A stretch of 64,000 nucleotides of DNA from Dehalococcoidia bacterium (GTDB lineage Bacteria > Chloroflexota > Dehalococcoidia > Lucifugimonadales > UBA2962): positions 1,352,827 to 1,416,826 of the forward strand of contig OZ242262.1 of the NCBI GenBank assembly GCA_965207145.1. The letters are read 5' to 3'. The notes under the pieces are model-generated. The model was given only the letters and a program-made list of their open reading frames with translations. It ran no database searches and had not been told where the DNA came from. The position numbers and the translations under genes were made by a program. Positions 58,422 through 64,000 of this stretch are shown here, piece after piece. How positions within the stretch are numbered: the stretch's first letter is position 1; every line of letters starts with the position of its first letter.

Positions 58422-59186
58422 ATGGCGCCTCATCTCATATGCAGGGATCAACTCGAGGCCAGCGCCTTGGCCCACGCCGCAGATCGGCTTGGGATGATTG
58501 TAGGTCGACTTGATGACCAAGGCGTAGAGGCACGGATCAAGACCACCGTTGGACGACCCGCAGAGGAGATTCTCCGTGTTGCCGACGAAGAGGGATGTGG
58601 CCTAATAGCGATGTCGACCCATTGCAAGAGCGCTCTGGGCCGGACGATCATGGGCAGTGTGACCGACAGGGTGATCCACGCCTCGTCCGTGCCTGTACTG
58701 GCGATTGCGCCGGAGAAGGCAAAGGCGTATCAAGGGCGAGGGGCGGTTCCTCTAAAGACGATCATGCTTCCGCTGGACGGTTCGCAACTCGCCGAACAGG
58801 CGGTTCCCTACGTTGAGGCGCTGGCCAGATCTCTTTCGCTTGAGATTCTCTTGGTGAGGGTCGTGGATCTTGAGGGCCCGGTCTTCGCATACCCATCAAA
58901 CGAACAGTTGGCCAGGTTCAGAGACGATCGCAACGGCGAGGCGGCGAAGTATCTGGAGGGTGTGTCCCGGGACCTGAAGGGCAGAGGGCTTAGGGTTCGG
59001 ACCACGGTGCTGCTAGGATCGCCGGCACAGACCCTCTTGGACCTTACCCACCGGACGCCGAACGACCTGATCGCAATGACGACGCACGGGAGGTCCGGGT
59101 TGTCAAGGTGGCTTGCAGGGAGCGTGGCGGAGGCGTTGATACGCGCCTCCGGCGATCCGGTGCTGGTGGTGCGATCACGCTCGTGA
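58422..59186 (+). CDS. Universal stress protein with tandem UspA domains (first domain N-terminally short)
   Basis: Domain 2 is complete: 'IMLPLDGSQLAEQAVPYVEALA...GSPAQTLLDL...DLIAMTTHGRSGLSRWLAGSVAEALIRASGDPVLVV'. Domain 1 retains only 'GRPAEEILRVADEEGCGLIAMSTH..LGRTIMGSVTDRVIHASSVPVLAI'. Confidence 0.75.
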   Translation: MAPHLICRDQLEASALAHAADRLGMIVGRLDDQGVEARIKTTVGRPAEEILRVADEEGCGLIAMSTHCKSALGRTIMGSVTDRVIHASSVPVLAIAPEKAKAYQGRGAVPLKTIMLPLDGSQLAEQAVPYVEALARSLSLEILLVRVVDLEGPVFAYPSNEQLARFRDDRNGEAAKYLEGVSRDLKGRGLRVRTTVLLGSPAQTLLDLTHRTPNDLIAMTTHGRSGLSRWLAGSVAEALIRASGDPVLVVRSRS

Positions 59187-59230
59187 CGAGTGTCCATCCC
59201 CCATTTTGAGGGTGCGTGTCAATTGGTTCT

Positions 59231-59279
59231 ATCTTCAGTCACCGAAAGCCGAAAATGTGGGCTGTCGGTGACTGAAGGT
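59231..59279. terminator. Strong hairpin (13-bp perfect stem, 19-nt loop) at the core/island junction; possible usp terminator
   Basis: 'cttcagtcaccga' (59233-59245) pairs perfectly with 'tcggtgactgaag' (59265-59277). It lies 47 nt after the usp stop, with a 'cttttc' stretch shortly after. Confidence 0.4.
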
Positions 59280-59664
59280 AGAACTTTTCAATACGTCGTA
59301 TCATTTTAGGCTTGAGCGCCGTGCATGTGGTGGTAAACGTATCCAGAGCGATTCGTTGGCGCGTTCGTGATGCTGAAATCCGCTCAGTCTGTCTCCAGAA
59401 TCGTGTATTCCTACAGCTTTTCTCGAACGTTCCCTGACCTAGGTGCTCGTCAGACTGAGCGCCCCATGTCGCCCTCGCGGCCGCCTCCGTCAAATTCCCT
59501 GAGGGCACGGAATCGGATAAGTGATGCCGAACGTTGCGATCGGGACGTCAACCCCTGAGCATCCGATTTGACAGTCGATGCGTGGGTCGCTGATCAATTC
59601 TGAATCAGGATCGACAGAGTCGTCCTTGAGGTTCAATGCCGTTGCGGGACGGCTTGGTCCTCAT

Positions 59665-61290
59665 CTACTGAACAGACTTGGTTGAGAATCTGTAGTTGCT
59701 GCGGCTACCCCGGAGTATTCGTGTGAACTGTTCATGAATGAGTGTCTCTGCGGTCCCTGGAGTGCCACTCAAGGCATCAGCGAGGGCCCTCCCCCAATCT
59801 TCCCCCTTGGTGAGCTGAACGCTACGGAGCACCCAATAAGCTTTGCGCAAGGCTGCAAATCCTACGTTCTCACCATGTAGCGAAGCATCTAAATCCGACA
59901 AATGGAGAGGCTCGATATCGGCGTTCAACGCATTGGTGGCCATTAGCATTGTTTCCAAACTGAAGTTTTGATCTTCAAAGTTCGGCTTGGAGATTGCGTA
60001 GCCTCCCGGCAACAGACCAGAATTCGACATATTCTCTAGCACCCGGTGACGTTCAACATACTGATCGTCAGCGTCAACTGTCATTGCAACGAAGACCTCC
60101 TCCTCTTGGCTCAGGATTAGTAAATCCCGTACCAGCGGATCTTCCAGTTTGCCGACGCCTTTCAGATCAAGCAGTTCGATCCCTGCGCGCTCCAGGCTCA
60201 CATGCCGGCGTTCCGCCCATCGCTCGATGAATCCCATCTCTGTTGCCCCCTCGACCAACCATCGGACACGAGGCTGCGGGTCGAGATCGTATTGTCGGAC
60301 GACATTCCTAAAAACCGATCGGTTGCCGTCGGTTGTGGTTTGGCTTCCAAAAAACCGTTCCTTATAGTCGGGAACCTGCAAATCTAGGCGGACGAGGTCC
60401 TCGTCTGGCAGATCAGTCACGCCATGATGTTTCGCGAGGTAGCGGCGCAGCACCTCCGCCTGATAGTAGCCGTCCTCAGCGCGAAGCGCCGCACCCTTGA
60501 GCGTGAGGCGCTTTTCGCGAGGCACATAGGCGATCAGTTCGCGCCAATTGCTTAGAGGATCGCTAAGTTCCGCATCGATGGCGAGCTTGTTGTGCCAGCG
60601 CCGCATCATATCCACGCTGCTGTGATTTGCCGTTAGAACGTCATCGTGGTCGATTTCTTGGCGCCAAGCGATCAAACCCTCGATGGTTTCATTTTGAAAC
60701 GGGTCCGTCTTGATTCGACCAATTAGGGTCTCAATTACCAGCGGCTCTGCGGCTAGGAGCATCCCGACAATGGAGAGTGATTCGGACCATGGCTCGCTAG
60801 CTGCCAAATTCCCCAATTTCTCCCGCAGGTCGAGACGCTGCAGTCGCTCAATTCGTTTCTGGTAGGCGTCTGGATCGTATAGGCCTTGGTAGAAGGCTAC
60901 GTTGAGGTCCAAATAGGTTGCTATCCGACTCGCCCGCCAAAGTTGAAACGGATGCCACCAAGATCGGCCTAATTCGAAATTGGTCGGAGCCTGATCACAT
61001 AACTGTTTGAATTCAGGGGTCTGCCCTCGATCCCCGTACACACATCCGAGCCCGTCGATCTCAACAGGAACAAATCGATCCTTACTCGCCGAGTCGGGAG
61101 GAACTTCCCAGGCGATAGGCGGGAAAACACCTTCGCTGGCTAAGAAGAGGAGCGCTTGAGAGCTGATGTTGACGTTCCGCGCCTCCAACCAGCGAACGAA
61201 TTGTCGCGCCTCCATGGGCGGCGTCTGTCGGTATGGAGCTCCAAGAGCATTGTCGACGATGGAGGCAACGAGAGAGTCGGGTATATCCAC
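59665..61290 (-). CDS. Orphan 541-aa protein: unrecognised helical N-terminal region plus a Toprim-like C-terminal module
   Basis: Long uninterrupted ORF in low-GC DNA with ordinary, non-Arg-biased composition. 'RVRWLVEGATEMGFIERW' and 'VFVAMTVDADDQ' about 55 aa later resemble the Glu...DxD layout of Toprim domains (OLD/DUF4276/RloB-like). No ATPase motif was seen. Confidence 0.6.
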   Translation of the reverse strand: MDIPDSLVASIVDNALGAPYRQTPPMEARQFVRWLEARNVNISSQALLFLASEGVFPPIAWEVPPDSASKDRFVPVEIDGLGCVYGDRGQTPEFKQLCDQAPTNFELGRSWWHPFQLWRASRIATYLDLNVAFYQGLYDPDAYQKRIERLQRLDLREKLGNLAASEPWSESLSIVGMLLAAEPLVIETLIGRIKTDPFQNETIEGLIAWRQEIDHDDVLTANHSSVDMMRRWHNKLAIDAELSDPLSNWRELIAYVPREKRLTLKGAALRAEDGYYQAEVLRRYLAKHHGVTDLPDEDLVRLDLQVPDYKERFFGSQTTTDGNRSVFRNVVRQYDLDPQPRVRWLVEGATEMGFIERWAERRHVSLERAGIELLDLKGVGKLEDPLVRDLLILSQEEEVFVAMTVDADDQYVERHRVLENMSNSGLLPGGYAISKPNFEDQNFSLETMLMATNALNADIEPLHLSDLDASLHGENVGFAALRKAYWVLRSVQLTKGEDWGRALADALSGTPGTAETLIHEQFTRILRGSRSNYRFSTKSVQ

Positions 61291-61504
61291 GGCGAACGAA
61301 TTCCAGGCAACGGCGGTCTCGAGCTGTTAGATGAGCAAAGTGCCGCTTACATGGTAAGACAGTTGTCGGACACCCTAGTGATTCGCAACCCTAATTCTGA
61401 CCTCGCTGGCTTCGCCGAGGAAATGACTTGGGCAGTTGACCCAAGCGTCTATATCTCATTTTCTGGGCAGGTGATATGACAAGCTAGGCGTTTGGAGACT
61501 CCGA

Positions 61505-62100
61505 TCTCGCGTCTCGCAGGCTTGACCCTGCCCTTCCCACTCTGACCGATACGTGTTGCCTTGGCCGCTTCGGTCCTAGCCACAGCCCCTCCATGCGGTA
61601 GAGCCTGTAGACTCTCTCGCGATTCACCTTCCATCCTCAGCAGCATGTGGATACGCAGGCGTTCATAGCTCACCCGCGATTCCGCAAGGTCCTTGATCCC
61701 CAACCTCAGAGCAGTCTGTTCAGAGGCCGCGCCCTCGTACCTGCAGGTCGAGCGCGCTAGCGTCAGCGCCCGGTACCCGTGGGCATTGGCTAGGGTTGAA
61801 TTCTGATTTTCCTCCGATACGACCCCCGGCGCCTGTGTACGTCCAGTTCGAGTTCTTCGACGCCCTTGCCTGATGACGAAAGCGATGTCCAGCGGCCTGT
61901 CCGCTAGCTCAGCGGCCATCGCCGGCGTTCTCAGGCTCCCGTGCGGCCGGCAGAAGCTGTAGTGCGTCAAGAACAGGGCGGTGGAGTACCAGTGGTAATG
62001 CACACTCCTGGAGAAGGCACTGGTCAGCCGCGTATACCGCCTAACGCGCATCCCCAGACTTTGAGGCTCCTGTATCAGACGACACGTCCCGCAGCTTCGA
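61505..62100 (-). mobile_element. Nested insertion-sequence debris: IS1-family transposase C-terminal fragment followed by an IS3-family OrfB N-terminal fragment
   Basis: One 240-aa ORF is chimeric. 'RRYTRLTSAFSRSVHYHWYSTALFLTHYSFCRPHGSLR.TPAMAAELADRP' resembles the IS1 InsB tail. 'YRALTLARSTCRYEG....ALRLGIKDLAESRVSYERLRIHMLLRMEG' resembles an IS3 OrfB head. No intact DDE domain is present. Confidence 0.5.
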
Positions 62101-62887
62101 TCTCTCTCTGCGCAAGGCGCCCGAGGAACGTGCCGAGATCTTGGCCTGCACCGTCGCCGGCCAGATCGCACACGGCTGCACAGTCGAGTCGCTGAGCTAT
62201 CTCATTGCGGTGCCGAACCGACGTCGCCGAGGCAATCACATCCGGTATCTCATCCTGACAGCCCTGATCTTAAGGGTCCGGGGTCTCAACTAGCTTGGCC
62301 TGTTCGCCTTCGGGGACGAGACAAGTGAGATGTTGACCGTGGACGGCCGGCGCAACTCCTCGACTGCAGGTCTGAGACACAGCCATCAGCCTGCTATCAT
62401 GATCCCCTGAGACCGAGGTTTCGATTCCGACCTCTCCGCATGTGGAACTGGGACCAGTATCCTCGGTTATCTGGGCACACGTGGTTCGTGAGCGCCGAAA
62501 GTCTCTAATGCGGAGGATTTGGGTGACAAGCCTGCTGATGGCGGCAAGCACAGTTCTCGGGATTGTCACACGGGCTAGCGGCAACAATTTCAGCCCACTC
62601 CTCCACGGACTTCGGAGTGCCCCTAAGCTAGGGATCGGGGGCACAGTTCGTCTCTTCATGGCTTTACCAGCAGGATCCGCCAGGTAGATTGGAGAGCTGT
62701 CGAATGGCTGCGGACCCGTGCGAACCTATGAGCACGTTCAGACAGATGCTGCGGCGTCATATGACCGGTCTGCACTCTTGCGTCGAGTTGAAGAGTCGTT
62801 GTTGAGAAAGAGTGCTCGCTCCCCATTGAGCACTACCAAGAAGGACAACTGCGAAGAAAATCGTCCAACCCTCATAAGGCGAAAGAA

Positions 62888-64000
62888 ATGAACGTACAGA
62901 TGGGCCCTGAGGGTCAAGTCGCCAAGGTGACTGCCGTCAGCAACGACGGAGCCAGAGTCTATATAGAGTACAAGAATGGAATCACTGGCTGGTTCGACCA
63001 GCCCACGCCCGAGTTCAAGCGCGGTGATGTCCTCCTGATAGCTACCAGTGAAATGGGTCCAACCCCATACGTGATACCAAGTGATGTTTGGCCAGATAAC
63101 GTTTGGGTTGGGGTAGTCAAGATAAAACTCGAAGACATCACGGTCATAGAAGCCAACGGTAGATTTCGCACAGTGCCGACAAGTGACCGCGTAGACTATA
63201 GACCCGACTATACCGTTCAAGCTAACGACCTTGATGGAGTAGTGCGAGTTCTATCTGAGAAAGGCATCAAATACATCGACCTTCATTCTGAGATTGATGA
63301 CCAAACCATAGACCGCTTTCTGTGGACTGCTCCAGAAGGGGAACTCTTGGACTTCGATGATTTCGGAGGATTAAGACCAGTCGTAGATAGAGCCAAGGAG
63401 CTAATTGAATTGACACTCTTGCGCGGTAATGAATTGTCCGCAATCGGGGTGCCTCCCATTAAGGGCGTTCTCTTCACTGGCGAGCCAGGTACCGGCAAAA
63501 CTATGCTGGCGCGAATCATCGCATCACAGTCGGACGCAGCTTTCTTCGAGATTTCAGGACCGGAAATCTTTAGTAAATGGTATGGTCAAAGCGAAGAATT
63601 GCTCAGGAGGATCTTCGAACGAGCTGCGCAGGAGGAGAAGGCTATAATATTCTTCGACGAGATCGACAGTGTTGCCAGCCAAAGGGATGATCAGTCTCAT
63701 GAAGCCTCAAGGCGGGTAGTCGCACAGCTCCTTACACTGATGGATGGATTCACTAGAGACGAAAACGTTGTAGTCATAGCTGCCACTAACAGGCATGAGG
63801 ACCTAGATCACGCGCTCCGACGCCCGGGGCGCTTTGATTGGGAGATTGAATTCCCTTTCCCGAACGAACTAGACCGACTAGACATACTTAAGAAGACGGC
63901 ACGTGGGAAGCGAATAACAGGCGTCCTGCCTTACGAAGCAGTTGCGAAAGTTTCCGAAGGATGGTCAGGTGCCGACCTCACCGCCATCTGGAAAGAAGCT
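62888..64000 (+). CDS. Classic-clade AAA+ ATPase (CDC48/FtsH-like module) with an unrecognised N-terminal domain of about 150 aa; 3' end outside the window
   Basis: Not in the supplied ORF track because it has no stop in the window. Hand translation from ATG 62888 stays open for 371 codons to position 64000. Walker A 'GEPGTGKT', Walker B 'IIFFDEID' and second region of homology 'ATNRHEDLDHALRRPGRFD' are present. Confidence 0.85.
   Translation, partial: MNVQMGPEGQVAKVTAVSNDGARVYIEYKNGITGWFDQPTPEFKRGDVLLIATSEMGPTPYVIPSDVWPDNVWVGVVKIKLEDITVIEANGRFRTVPTSDRVDYRPDYTVQANDLDGVVRVLSEKGIKYIDLHSEIDDQTIDRFLWTAPEGELLDFDDFGGLRPVVDRAKELIELTLLRGNELSAIGVPPIKGVLFTGEPGTGKTMLARIIASQSDAAFFEISGPEIFSKWYGQSEELLRRIFERAAQEEKAIIFFDEIDSVASQRDDQSHEASRRVVAQLLTLMDGFTRDENVVVIAATNRHEDLDHALRRPGRFDWEIEFPFPNELDRLDILKKTARGKRITGVLPYEAVAKVSEGWSGADLTAIWKEA

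Noticed and set aside
61449-62171. 240-aa ORF as an intact transposase gene
   Set aside because: It is a chimera of an IS1-type C-terminal tail and an IS3 OrfB N-terminal segment joined by Arg-rich filler. Neither catalytic DDE core is present, so it is reported as debris instead.
62270-62659. 129-aa minus-strand ORF as a possible upstream part of the IS1-like transposase or a small island gene
   Set aside because: I could not recognise any transposase or other motif. It may be frameshifted IS material, but the sequence gives no support for a specific call.
62738-63220. 160-aa minus-strand ORF listed in the track
   Set aside because: It lies entirely antisense to the N-terminal domain of the AAA+ ATPase. 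That plus-strand frame continues uninterrupted into unmistakable Walker A/B motifs. The minus ORF has no recognisable features and is best explained as a shadow ORF.

Overview
The window is a high-GC bacterial chromosomal segment. Spot counts of single 60-nt lines give about 62% GC in the core and about 47% in the last 5 kb. I can support about 55 protein-coding genes. I found no rRNA gene, no convincing tRNA gene and no CRISPR array.

Gene content is dominated by hydrolases and transport:
- D-aminoacylase, CocE/NonD hydrolase, an M24 peptidase, and three beta-lactamase-type or serine hydrolases
- three VOC/glyoxalase genes, urease structural genes ureABC, and an SDR-sulfotransferase-DUF1214 block
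- a family-5 peptide/nickel SBP, a LivJ-like SBP, a TRAP DctPQM system, an RND pump, and AI-2E and TauE transporters
- three DNA-repair genes (AlkD-like, endonuclease V/DenV-like, Ada)
- two type II toxin-antitoxin pairs (VapBC, HigBA)

Many exported proteins are lipoproteins with long low-complexity tethers after the lipobox Cys. Together with the gene content, this suggests a monoderm marine heterotroph of the SAR202/Chloroflexota type. That taxonomic guess is inference only.

Most interesting regions:
1. 15.7-18.5 kb holds a roughly 0.93-kb unit repeated about three times, each encoding a secreted Cys-capped pentapeptide-repeat lipoprotein. Each spacer carries a relic of the 3' end of the upstream CocE/NonD gene, and a small hypervariable patch sits in otherwise near-identical copies. 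A TPR lipoprotein follows.
2. 41.6-43.5 kb encodes a lipoprotein built from four tandem Cache-like domains with no output domain. It has an 18-bp perfect tandem repeat in its tether and a truncated relic of a further repeat after the stop codon.
3. A low-GC island runs from about 59.2 kb to the window end. It contains an orphan 541-aa protein with a Toprim-like C-terminal signature, nested IS1/IS3 debris, and a classic-clade AAA+ ATPase with an unrecognised N-terminal domain that runs off the window. This is my best candidate for an undescribed (possibly conflict or defence) system. It is incomplete here and its function is speculative.

The ureABC genes have no accessory genes anywhere in the 64 kb. 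Several decayed genes lie next to the TA modules and IS remnants.
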